Shown in pieces: positions 7,592 to 16,409 of a stretch of 64,000 nucleotides of DNA. The stretch covers positions 3,952-67,951 of the forward strand of contig JAZRGT010000031.1 of assembly GCA_045644325.1 (NCBI GenBank), read 5' to 3'. The notes beneath the pieces are model-generated. The model was not told the DNA's origin and did not search any database. It saw nothing but the letters and a program-made list of their open reading frames with translations. The DNA is from Eubacteriales bacterium. GTDB lineage: Bacteria; Bacillota; Clostridia; Oscillospirales; CAG-272. The position numbers were made by a program, and so were the translations under genes. Each line of letters starts with the position of its first letter. The first letter of the stretch is position 1.

Positions 7592-9271
7592 ATGAAAAAG
7601 AATTCCTTCTCCCGTCCATCGCCTAAGGCTCCGACGAGCGAGCTTTACCTTGATTTTCAGCGCCGCGCCGATGCTTTCGTCGCCGACTGTATGCGCGATT
7701 GGTCGCCCCGTACCATCAAAGGAACGAAGGTCATCCACGACTGCGTCTGGGGTACGGTTATGTTCTACCCCTGGGAGCTTGAGCTCATAGATTCTCCGCT
7801 TTTTCAGCGTTTGCGCCGCATAAATCAGCTTGGTCTGGCACAGCTGACATACCCCTCGGCGCACCATTCGCGATTTGAGCACACCCTCGGCGTCGTTGCC
7901 GTTACGGCACAGATGATCGCGGGCGTCGCGCGCCACGATGCCGCCGTTATGGCGGGCAAGGAGCAGACCATCCCCGCATCCCATCAGCGCCGTCTGCGCC
8001 TCGCCGCACTCCTTCACGATATCGGTCATTGCTTCTTCTCGCATCTCTCGGAAACCATCTACGGCGAAATGCCCGTGATGAAGGAGCTGAAGGCAACCGA
8101 ATCGATGTTTGAGCGCGCACAGCCGCACGAAATGCTCGGTTATATTATCATAAATACACCCACGTTTATAAAATGCATCTCCGAAAGCCTCGGCTATCCC
8201 TTTGAGGATGGCGAGGATGCCGCAGAGCTTCTTGAAGAAGTAGGCAGAATGATCGTCGGCGCACCGCCCGAGGTTAAGGACGGGGTTCGTTACGTTTATC
8301 TGACCGAAATGATCAACGGTCAGTTCGACGCCGATGCACTCGACTACCTTCGCCGCGACAGCTACGCGACGGGTCTTGCGCTCGGTTACCACATCGACCG
8401 CTTCCTTTATAAGCTCCGCCTCGCCGACCGCGTGGCAGACGACGGCACCGTCGAGCGGCATCTGACCGTACCCGTTTCGGGTCTGTCAACCGTCGAGGAA
8501 ATGGTCTTCTCGAAGCTTATGCTTTCAAGATATATCTATCAGCACCAGAAAGTGCTTGCCGCAGAGTCCTTGATCGAGGATATGGTCGTCGGTATGCAGC
8601 GCGGAGGCAGATTCGCGCACCCCATCGACTTCCTCTACCTCTGCGACAACGATATCTACTCGATCGGAGCACCCTCCGCAGATAAGGCACTCCGTCCCGC
8701 CGTCACCGATTGGAAGCTTTCGGATGACAGCGACGTCACCGTAGGCGATATGGCGGCAAGAGTTCTCGCCCGCCGTCTGCCGAAAAAGGCACTCGTTATC
8801 AGCCAGTCGAACGTCCGCTCCGCGGGCGGTATCGCGGCGCGCGACCTCGGAATCTCGGGACTCGCGGCGGCTGTCAGCCTCCTTCCGAGGCTTCGCGAGG
8901 AAATCCTCGAGCAATCGCGCGTCTATGCTGAAAAGCTCGGCATGCAGCGCCCCGAGATGTACGATATCCACATCGCCATCCCGCACATCAGTATGGCAAA
9001 GGACTATTCACGCACTCCCGTTCTGACCTACGACGGCGAGTTCATCCCGATGTCCGAGGCAGTAAATCTCAACGATTGGACGCGCTCCTTCGCGGGTCAG
9101 TCCTGGAACGCCTATATCTTCGCCGAGCCCGAGATCCTGCCCGCGGTCAGCCTCGCGGCATACACGGTGCTCGAACGCAACGGCATTCTCTGTCAGAGAG
9201 GAATGCTCTTCTCTTCCCTTAAAGAATCCGACGCTATCGAGGCGGCAGCCGAAAAGCTCGGCTTGGATTGA
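7592..9271 (+). CDS. HD-domain dNTP triphosphohydrolase-like protein (SAMHD1/dGTPase family)
   Basis: SRFEHTLGV, LLHDIGHCFFSH and DADALDYLRRDSYATG are the H..HD..D signature of SAMHD1-like dNTPases. A GGAGG ribosome-binding site is present. Confidence 0.75.
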   Translation: MKKNSFSRPSPKAPTSELYLDFQRRADAFVADCMRDWSPRTIKGTKVIHDCVWGTVMFYPWELELIDSPLFQRLRRINQLGLAQLTYPSAHHSRFEHTLGVVAVTAQMIAGVARHDAAVMAGKEQTIPASHQRRLRLAALLHDIGHCFFSHLSETIYGEMPVMKELKATESMFERAQPHEMLGYIIINTPTFIKCISESLGYPFEDGEDAAELLEEVGRMIVGAPPEVKDGVRYVYLTEMINGQFDADALDYLRRDSYATGLALGYHIDRFLYKLRLADRVADDGTVERHLTVPVSGLSTVEEMVFSKLMLSRYIYQHQKVLAAESLIEDMVVGMQRGGRFAHPIDFLYLCDNDIYSIGAPSADKALRPAVTDWKLSDDSDVTVGDMAARVLARRLPKKALVISQSNVRSAGGIAARDLGISGLAAAVSLLPRLREEILEQSRVYAEKLGMQRPEMYDIHIAIPHISMAKDYSRTPVLTYDGEFIPMSEAVNLNDWTRSFAGQSWNAYIFAEPEILPAVSLAAYTVLERNGILCQRGMLFSSLKESDAIEAAAEKLGLD

Positions 9272-9339
9272 TGTAAACGATCGAAAATCAACACCGAAGG
9301 GAAAGAAATATTTTCAAATCAAATACGGAGGTATATATT

Positions 9340-9954
9340 ATGGATTTTCGTGATCAGATAAAGCAAACGCTTCAGGTAGCCACCGATATCGCAGAAAAAG
9401 AGGCAGAGGAAAAAAGAATCCTCCGTTTGAACGCCTTTTGCAACACGGTCAAGTATCACATCGCCGATAAAGCAAGCCATCACACCGATCGCAACGTGCC
9501 GTTCAAGATCAGAATGCGCTTGATCTGCACCGAGCCCTTTGATATCGATGAGGGCCCCAGACGCGGCTCGCTCTATCAGACCTTCACCAAAACGAGTCAA
9601 GCCACTCTCTCAAAGGACGTCCTCGCCTTCGAAAACAACATCAGAGCAGAGCTCAAAAAGGACGGCATAATCGTCGGCAAATGGCAGATGTATAAGCTGC
9701 CCAATGAGCTCGACGAGGAGCTCTATCTCCCCTCGAGCGATCCCGAATTCCCCGATAATTTCAAGCTTTATCTCGACGACAATACCAAGCTCGATCAGTA
9801 TTATCTCGATCCCTATTCCCCCTTCACGATCAAAGAGGTCGAAGACCGCAGCCACGGCTCGGCGCGCTACACGTATACCTATACCCAGGATACAATGAAG
9901 ATTATGGATCCACTGGGCGCTACTTTGATCCTCCCGATCTCCTTTAAGTTATAA
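9340..9954 (+). CDS. Hypothetical protein (204 aa)
   Basis: ORF with a GGAGG ribosome-binding site. No motif recognised. Confidence 0.6.
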   Translation: MDFRDQIKQTLQVATDIAEKEAEEKRILRLNAFCNTVKYHIADKASHHTDRNVPFKIRMRLICTEPFDIDEGPRRGSLYQTFTKTSQATLSKDVLAFENNIRAELKKDGIIVGKWQMYKLPNELDEELYLPSSDPEFPDNFKLYLDDNTKLDQYYLDPYSPFTIKEVEDRSHGSARYTYTYTQDTMKIMDPLGATLILPISFKL

Positions 9955-9998
9955 ACCAAAAACATTTAATAAAAATCACAAAGTGAGGTAAAATCATC

Positions 9999-10586
9999 AT
10001 GGCAAAATTTGTATGTTCCGTTTGCGGCTACGTTCACGAGGGTGACGCAGCTCCCGAAAAGTGTCCCGTTTGTAAGGTTCCCGCATCCAAGTTCAACGTA
10101 ATGGCAGAGGGCGCAGCTCTCGCAGCAGAGCACGAGTACGGCATCTACGCAAAGACCGTAAAGAACAACCCCGACGTCTCCGAGGAAGACAAGAAGTACA
10201 TCTTCGAGCAGCTCATGGCTAACTTCAACGGCGAGTGCGCTGAGGTTGGTATGTATCTCTGCATGGCACGCATCGCACACCGCGAGGGCTATCCCGAGAT
10301 CGGTCTCTACTGGGAAAAGGCAGCTTTCGAAGAGGCAGAGCACGCAGCAAAGTTCGCAGAGCTCCTCGGCGAGGACCTCGAGCCCAATATGAAGGCTACC
10401 ACCAAAGATAACCTTGCATGGCGCGTTGACTGCGAATACGGCGCAACCGCGGGCAAGTTCGACCTTGCAAAGTGCGCAAAGAAGAACAACCTCGACGCCA
10501 TCCACGACACCGTCCACGAAATGGCACGCGACGAAGCTCGCCACGGCAAGGCTCTCGAGGGTATGCTTAAGAGATATTTCAAATAA
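9999..10586 (+). CDS. rbr: Reverse rubrerythrin (N-terminal rubredoxin-like domain plus ferritin-like diiron domain)
   Basis: [10 protein letters not shown]...CPVCKV forms the rubredoxin site. ExxH diiron motifs follow ([18 protein letters not shown]). Confidence 0.9.
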   Translation: MAKFVCSVCGYVHEGDAAPEKCPVCKVPASKFNVMAEGAALAAEHEYGIYAKTVKNNPDVSEEDKKYIFEQLMANFNGECAEVGMYLCMARIAHREGYPEIGLYWEKAAFEEAEHAAKFAELLGEDLEPNMKATTKDNLAWRVDCEYGATAGKFDLAKCAKKNNLDAIHDTVHEMARDEARHGKALEGMLKRYFK

Positions 10587-10631
10587 TCCGAAAAGCCTTG
10601 TAAAATAAAGCTTTTACATACTTATCAACAC

Positions 10632-10666
10632 AAGAAGAGTGATCGAAAGATTGCTCTTCTTTTTTG
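10632..10666 (+). terminator. Terminator of rbr
   Basis: Imperfect stem AAGAAGAGTGATC/GATTGCTCTTCTT followed by TTTTTT. Confidence 0.7.
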
Positions 10667-10681
10667 CACTTTTGCCTCGGT

Positions 10682-10765
10682 TTCCACAAAAAACGTGGAA
10701 CTTTTGTGGAATTTCTCACTTCCCATGGACTCGATTTGGAAGTTAAAGTGGAACTTAAAGTGGAA
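10682..10765. promoter_or_regulatory. Array of GTGGAA hexamers (one inverted pair plus phased direct copies)
   Basis: TTCCAC at 10682-87 faces GTGGAA at 10695-700. Further GTGGAA/TGGAA copies lie at 10706, 10737, 10748 and 10760, spaced 11-12 nt apart. Confidence 0.4.
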
Positions 10766-10878
10766 ATCTTTCTTTTAAATTTATTATTTCAAAAAAGCCT
10801 ACTCTCGCAATAGTCTTTTGACTTTGTTTGCGGAAAGGTTGCGAAATAAGATGAAATTTTCTATTTTAAAATATTATG

Positions 10879-10907
10879 TTGCAAAATAGAAATATTTGTG
10901 ATATACT
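10879..10907 (+). promoter_or_regulatory. Promoter upstream of the GH43 gene
   Basis: TTGCAA-17 nt-TATACT preceded by a TG (extended -10). Confidence 0.5.
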
Positions 10908-10913
10908 ATAATT

Positions 10914-11054
10914 AACCGCGCCGATATCAAGGGCGGCGGAAACTTTGACGACGGCTGTGCGGTGTTTATCTCTCCCGACGGCGCGTTTGAGACCCGGACG
11001 GGTCAGTCGATCTTCCTGCTGAGAAACGATAAAGCGGAAGCCGACGTTATTTAG
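10914..11054 (+). pseudogene. 3' relic of a paralog of the 60102..61508 lipoprotein gene
   Basis: It translates to NRADIKGGGNFDDGCAVFISPDGAFETRTGQSIFLLRNDKAEADVI*. This is colinear with KDIKGVGNFDDGAIAYIYPDGAFKTWTGQSAFLLK in 60102..61508. There is no start codon or N-terminal part. Confidence 0.7.
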
Positions 11055-11134
11055 TCTGAAACCGGACATTTTTATAAGGTAAGAGTCCCGGATTCGAGAT
11101 ATCAGTAAATAAGTTATTGGTTTAGGAGGTAAAA

Positions 11135-12256
11135 ATGATCAAGAGATGCTTTGCTTTGATCCTTTGCGTGCTTATGATCTCCGCTATACTTGCAGGGTGC
11201 GCCGATAAGGATCCTGTACTTGACGAAGAAACGACAACCGAGGCAGCTATGACAGATCAATCCACCGAAATCCCCATCGAAACTACCGTCGAGATTACTA
11301 CAGAGGAGGAAACAACTTCGGAATACATGTATAAAACCGTGCAAAATCCCATTCACGATATGGGCGGCGACCCTTGGGTCGTGGAGCATGAAGGCGAATA
11401 TTACTATTGCTTTATCGGTTACAATGCTATTTGGGTGAGAAAAGTATCTTCGATAGCAGAGCTTTCGCTGTATGATGCAACTTTGGTCTACTTACCGCCC
11501 GAGGGTACTATGTATTCCTTGAATTATTGGGCACCCGAGCTGCACTATATTAACGGTGAGTGGTATATTTACGTTGCCGCCGATGACGGAAATAACGAAA
11601 ACCACCGTATGTACGTTCTTCGCGGCACGTCGGGGGACCCTACTGCTCCCTTCGAAATGGTGGGGCAGATCACCGATCCCTCAAATAAATGGGCGATCGA
11701 CGGTACTGTTTTACAGCTGAACGGCGAGATGTACTTTATTTGGTCAGGCTGGGAAGGAAACGAGAACGTGGCGCAAAATCTCTATATTGCCCATATGAGC
11801 GACCCTTGCACCATTGATTCCGAGCGCGTTTGCATCTCCGTTCCCGAACTGTATTGGGAAAAGGAAGGTCAGCCCTACGTCAATGAGGGACCTGCCGTAC
11901 TGCAGCATCAGGGAAAGACCCACTTGGTATATTCCGCGTCCGGCAGCTGGACGGATTACTATTGCCTTGGTATGTTGACGCTGACGGGAGACGATCCTAT
12001 GAATGCCGATTCCTGGGAAAAAACCAACCAAGCCGTGTTTAAAAAACGTTATAACGTGTGCTACGCCCCCGGACACAATTCTTTCTGCACAGCCCCCGAC
12101 GGAAGCGTCTGGATGATATATCACGGTAACTTGGTTTCGGGTACGGGCTGGTCGGGCAGATCTGTCTGGATCGCGCCCGTAACGTTTGATGCAGACGGCA
12201 CACCCAATTTCGGTCAGCCCGAACGCGAGGTGCAGTTCCCCTACTTGCCGGAATAG
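11135..12256 (+). CDS. Glycoside hydrolase family 43 lipoprotein
   Basis: Lipobox ILAGC, GGDPWVVEHEGEYYY, WAPELHYINGEWYIYV, and IDGT/NEGP blocks typical of GH43 five-bladed propellers. Confidence 0.8.
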   Translation: MIKRCFALILCVLMISAILAGCADKDPVLDEETTTEAAMTDQSTEIPIETTVEITTEEETTSEYMYKTVQNPIHDMGGDPWVVEHEGEYYYCFIGYNAIWVRKVSSIAELSLYDATLVYLPPEGTMYSLNYWAPELHYINGEWYIYVAADDGNNENHRMYVLRGTSGDPTAPFEMVGQITDPSNKWAIDGTVLQLNGEMYFIWSGWEGNENVAQNLYIAHMSDPCTIDSERVCISVPELYWEKEGQPYVNEGPAVLQHQGKTHLVYSASGSWTDYYCLGMLTLTGDDPMNADSWEKTNQAVFKKRYNVCYAPGHNSFCTAPDGSVWMIYHGNLVSGTGWSGRSVWIAPVTFDADGTPNFGQPEREVQFPYLPE

Positions 12257-12264
12257 CTCTGATT

Positions 12265-12296
12265 GAGTGCCATCCCTTTGGATGGCGCTCTTTTTT
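12265..12296 (+). terminator. Terminator of the GH43 gene
   Basis: Stem GAGTGCCATCC/GGATGGCGCTC followed by TTTTTT. Confidence 0.7.
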
Positions 12297-12431
12297 AAAC
12301 AAAAAGCCGATCCACCGTTTGAGGTTGGATCGGCTTTGTGCGCTTACTGCTTTATAAAAATTCTTTTTTGATTTATTATACCAAAAAAGCCTACTCTCGC
12401 GAATAGGCTTTTTGCTTTGTTTTCGGAATGG

Positions 12432-12460
12432 TTGCAAAAGGTTGAGATTTATGGTATAAT
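12432..12460 (+). promoter_or_regulatory. Promoter upstream of the heparinase-like gene
   Basis: TTGCAA-17 nt-TATAAT. Confidence 0.55.
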
Positions 12461-12636
12461 ATAAACATACCTTGTGTCGTATATAGGGAGAATTGCCCTC
12501 GCCTGACATCACATTCAGCAATTTGAACTTCTTCAGTCCCGCTCGTATTTTTATGGCGGATTCGCAACGAAAACTCGCCATGTGTTTCCTCAAGATGCGC
12601 TACAGATGGTAAATATAATATAATAGGAGAGATTTT

Positions 12637-14652
12637 ATGGTTGATATGATGACTACAAACCAACAGTTGTTTTGTGAGCTGTTGGATCGCAGTATTTTGG
12701 AACTGTCGGATATAGACGTTACCTTTCGCGATCGTGGTATCGAGGCGGCGGAAAAGCAGTTGGCGGATTACATACGCTCCTGTCTGAAAACAGAAAATTT
12801 CTTTAAAATACCTTATCAGCCCAGAGAAAATGCCTGGGCACTGCCGGAGGATGACGACTTTGCCGCTGCAGAGAAAATAATAAACGGCGAGCTTCGCTCG
12901 ATAGCATTTCCCCATAAATTTACCGATACCTCCCACGTAGATTGGGAATTTAATCCCACTCCAAATGAATCCCCGGAGTGGACGTGGCAACTTTCCCGTC
13001 ATCACGAATGGCGCTGCCTCGGACATTGCTACCGTCTCTCGGGCGACGAGAAATATGCAAAAGCATTTACAGAGCTTTTTATGAGTTGGTGTGAGCAGGC
13101 AAAATGCCCGTCTGATATGTCAAAAAACACAAAATGTTGGAGAACTATCGAAGCGGGTATCCGTTTGGCACTGAATTGGAACTATGCGTTCTACTCATTT
13201 TACAAATCACCGTATATGACGGATCGTGTAATATGTACCTACGTGCGCTCGATCTGCGATCACGGATACCGTCTTAGCCGCTTTCATAGCGCGGCAGGAA
13301 ACTGGCTGATTATGGAGATGGCGGGGCTTGCACATATAGGCATGCTTTATCCTTTCCTGACCAAAGCACGCGAGTGGGGTGATTATGCCTTTTCGAAGCT
13401 CCAATCGGAGCTTGACCGTCAAGTATATCGCGACGGCTTCCAATTTGAGTTGTCTACGAATTACCACGACGTGGTCATTATGAATTACCACAGAGTATTC
13501 GCCGCGGCGCGGGAGATAGGATATCCCGTCAGCCGAGAGTTCATCGACAAGCTCTTGCCACTGTTCGAGCTTGACATCAATATAACTTGTCCTGATGGCA
13601 AATACCCCGACCTTAACGACGGACATCGCGCTTCGCTTGAAACTTGGTGTCGTTTGGGCAGCATATATTTTCCGAAACATGAGGCAATAAATTATTTTGC
13701 GACCAATGGAAAGGATGGACGAGCTCCCGAGTATACGAGTGTTGCTCTGCCATATTCCGGATTGGCTTTTATGCGTACCGGATGGGGCAAAGACGATCTT
13801 TGGTGCTTTATGGATGCCGGAGATTTTGGTCGCGGACATCAGCACGAGGACAAATTGAATGTCCTTATGTATGCGTATGGCAAAAATCTTCTTCCCGACT
13901 CAGGCTGTTACTCATACGATAGCTCCGATATGCGACGCTTTGTCTTAGACTCCCGTTCGCACAACTGTGCTATGGTTGACGATATGTCGCAGAATCGCAA
14001 GGGAAGATATCATCCCGACAACGAGCCGTTGGATAGATACGCAGGTATGCTATGGAGCTTTTCAGCCGACGTCGACAGCGTTGAAGGCGTTTACGATCAA
14101 GGATACGGTGAGCAGTACCTTCACGTTATACACAAGAGAAAGCTGATCCTTTTCAAAAAAGGCGTTGCCGGCAGCGCTCCGTTTGCGATGGTTATTGACA
14201 GATTTATAAGTGAAGATGGCGAAGAGCATCTTTTTCAGCCCTCCTATCAGCTTGGCACAGAGCCATACACAGATGACGGCGTGCGTTTTACAGCTGATCA
14301 CGGCGACCAAGTCAGCTTTAGTATTATTGCCTCGGAGCGTCATGGTATTATTATCGGACAGGAGAAGCCATTATTTATGGGGTGGCGAAAGAGCTATGAG
14401 CTTCCCAATGCATTAAACTTTCCCGTTCCCGCACCCTGCGTAAGGTTTGCTTTAAAAGGAAAAGCCGCGCGTCTTGTTACACTTTTATGCCCTTACAACG
14501 GCACGGGCAAAACGCCAAGATCGGTCGAAGCCTTGAGCAGTATTTCCGATACCAAAGCTTTTATTGAATTTTCCGATGGCAGTACTGCGATCATTGACGA
14601 ATTGGATCATCCGTGTTACGCGGACACGGCAGACAAATTGGTTGAGATATAA
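12637..14652 (+). CDS. Heparinase II/III-like polysaccharide lyase family protein
   Basis: An alginate-lyase-like N-terminal helical region (WTWQLSRHHEWRCLG, IEAGIRLALNWN) is followed by a heparinase II/III block (GDFGRGHQHEDKLNVLMY, DSGCYSYD, RSHNCAMVD). Confidence 0.7.
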   Translation: MVDMMTTNQQLFCELLDRSILELSDIDVTFRDRGIEAAEKQLADYIRSCLKTENFFKIPYQPRENAWALPEDDDFAAAEKIINGELRSIAFPHKFTDTSHVDWEFNPTPNESPEWTWQLSRHHEWRCLGHCYRLSGDEKYAKAFTELFMSWCEQAKCPSDMSKNTKCWRTIEAGIRLALNWNYAFYSFYKSPYMTDRVICTYVRSICDHGYRLSRFHSAAGNWLIMEMAGLAHIGMLYPFLTKAREWGDYAFSKLQSELDRQVYRDGFQFELSTNYHDVVIMNYHRVFAAAREIGYPVSREFIDKLLPLFELDINITCPDGKYPDLNDGHRASLETWCRLGSIYFPKHEAINYFATNGKDGRAPEYTSVALPYSGLAFMRTGWGKDDLWCFMDAGDFGRGHQHEDKLNVLMYAYGKNLLPDSGCYSYDSSDMRRFVLDSRSHNCAMVDDMSQNRKGRYHPDNEPLDRYAGMLWSFSADVDSVEGVYDQGYGEQYLHVIHKRKLILFKKGVAGSAPFAMVIDRFISEDGEEHLFQPSYQLGTEPYTDDGVRFTADHGDQVSFSIIASERHGIIIGQEKPLFMGWRKSYELPNALNFPVPAPCVRFALKGKAARLVTLLCPYNGTGKTPRSVEALSSISDTKAFIEFSDGSTAIIDELDHPCYADTADKLVEI

Positions 14653-14796
14653 AACAAAGCAAGCCTTGATTTGGAACTAAAAGTGGTTTTGATTTATTAT
14701 ATCAAAAAATCCCGCCCAAGCGAATTATAAGTGCGATGGGTTACAGTGCCGATATCGACGTAGATCAGCTTCCAAAGAAATCGGGATTATGATATA

Positions 14797-14830
14797 ACAA
14801 AAATACGGGCTGCCGCCCGGGCGTCAGCCG
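14797..14830 (-). terminator. Terminator of the SBP gene 14845..16368
   Basis: On the minus strand, the stem GGCTGACGCC/GGCGGCAGCC is followed by a T-rich run. Confidence 0.55.
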
Positions 14831-14844
14831 ATTATTATTATGTT

Positions 14845-16368
14845 TTACTGTCTTCCCTCAAAGTACTTGAGAAGCTGTTTGATTCTGTTATTATATAATC
14901 TTTCCTGAACTTTATAGTCAGACGCAAAGGTATTGGTGCCGCTTCTGACAATAGAACGTGTGAAAGTTCCGATATTATCTATCTCACTTCCGTAAACCAT
15001 ACCGGTGTCGAACTTGATACTTTTACGGATAAGGTCGAAGATCATACCCGATTCAGCGTCAACAAGGTATCTTGTCTTCATAATAACCTCGCAGTAAACG
15101 GGAAGGATATCCATATAGGAGCGGTAATTCCATTCCTCAAATACGATACCAACCTCACTCACGTGCTTACTTGTTGCCATAACCGACATAGTGCTGTAAG
15201 CATCCTGCGCGGTGGTGTAGTAGTTCTGCTGATTGAGATCGAACTTCGGCATAGGAAGCAGACCGTAGGTGGAATTCATGTTTCTGAGCGCCTGATTGAC
15301 TTCAGCGCTCGGATAAATGTAGAAAAGCCAGAAGAGAGCCTCGTCGTTCGTGAACTTGTTGATGAGAGTAGGTTCGTCAGAGTCTGTGTATGCACCGCCC
15401 GCCTCACTTAAGAGGGCGATATTATAGTCGATAGCGCTCGAAACCTTATCGGGATCCCAAGCGATCTCGAGGCCGCCGTCGGAGGTCTTAGCAAGAATAT
15501 CAATACCGAATGCGGTAAGGAATCCATCGTAAGATGCGGCGCCGTCGCTCGAGAGGATACCAACCTTATCGGGGAGGTCGGCGATGCCTGACTGGTTGGT
15601 GTCTACCCAGGCATCCTTGGTGTACTGAAGAAGAAGGTCGATAGTCCACTGTCCGTCAAGAACTACGTCATAGAGGTTGCCGATCTTATAATCGTTTGCA
15701 AGAGTTGCATTATAGTAAATAACCATAGAGCGGTCAACACCCGTAAGGTTGAGGTCGCCGACGATGAAGTAGAGCTGATCTTTAATGGTTGCGGCTTCAA
15801 CGTAGGTCTGATTCCACCAAGGATGGCTGATATCCATAGTTTCAACGTCATAGAGATTTACATAGCAATCGCGGAGAGCCGAGGCTGTAGAGTAGTATGC
15901 GTAGTTTGAAATAAGGTCGAGACCCGAATCACCGCCCGACTGATATTCAGCTATAACCATACGATAAGACTCATCCTTACTCGAGCTCTCGATAAAGTCA
16001 AAGGTAAAATTAAGATCTTCCTCGAGCTTCTGGTTTCTCTTGTAGATTGCGTCGTTGAGAATATCGCCGTTTGTGCCCTCGGCAAAAAACTCACGGTTCC
16101 ACGTTTCTTCGTCACGCAGCATCATTGTGATAACAGTACCATCTTCAAACCTTGTGCCCTCTGCGGTCGGGGAAGCTATATAGGGTCTGCCCCACTCGTC
16201 GGTAAGGGGAGCGGTCTCGGCGGGAGCATCCGTCAAGGCGGGAGTTGCAGTCACGTCAGTAGCGGTAGTTTCGTCCGCGCCGCCGTTATCCGCACACGCA
16301 TAGAAGCAAAGCGTCAGAGTGATGAGCGCGAGAATGAACGAAATAATTCTGATAAATTTTTTCTTCAT
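14845..16368 (-). CDS. Extracellular solute-binding lipoprotein (large sugar-type ABC SBP)
   Basis: Lipobox FYACADN. It is about 500 aa and colinear with 45095..46606 and 52626..54152. Confidence 0.7.
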   Translation of the reverse strand: MKKKFIRIISFILALITLTLCFYACADNGGADETTATDVTATPALTDAPAETAPLTDEWGRPYIASPTAEGTRFEDGTVITMMLRDEETWNREFFAEGTNGDILNDAIYKRNQKLEEDLNFTFDFIESSSKDESYRMVIAEYQSGGDSGLDLISNYAYYSTASALRDCYVNLYDVETMDISHPWWNQTYVEAATIKDQLYFIVGDLNLTGVDRSMVIYYNATLANDYKIGNLYDVVLDGQWTIDLLLQYTKDAWVDTNQSGIADLPDKVGILSSDGAASYDGFLTAFGIDILAKTSDGGLEIAWDPDKVSSAIDYNIALLSEAGGAYTDSDEPTLINKFTNDEALFWLFYIYPSAEVNQALRNMNSTYGLLPMPKFDLNQQNYYTTAQDAYSTMSVMATSKHVSEVGIVFEEWNYRSYMDILPVYCEVIMKTRYLVDAESGMIFDLIRKSIKFDTGMVYGSEIDNIGTFTRSIVRSGTNTFASDYKVQERLYNNRIKQLLKYFEGRQ

Positions 16369-16409
16369 TTTTTGTTCCTTCTTTCTATTTTAATAAAATA
16401 TATGTGTTA

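Noticed and set aside
7535-8461. 308-aa minus-strand ORF
   Set aside because: It is an antisense shadow of the HD dNTPase gene, with no motifs and no ribosome-binding site. The same reasoning rejects 8525..8986.
12039-13026. Minus-strand ORFs 12039..12593 and 12391..13026 spanning the GH43/heparinase intergenic region
   Set aside because: They run through terminators, a promoter and the dispersed repeat, and overlap the ends of two well-supported plus-strand genes. They have no ribosome-binding site.
14727-14745. Possible relic of the 3' end of a paralog of 16410..18404 (CCCATCGCACTTATAAT versus CCCCTCGCACTTATAAT at 16413-16432)
   Set aside because: Only a roughly 17-nt match was seen and no extended protein-level colinearity. 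That is too short to call.
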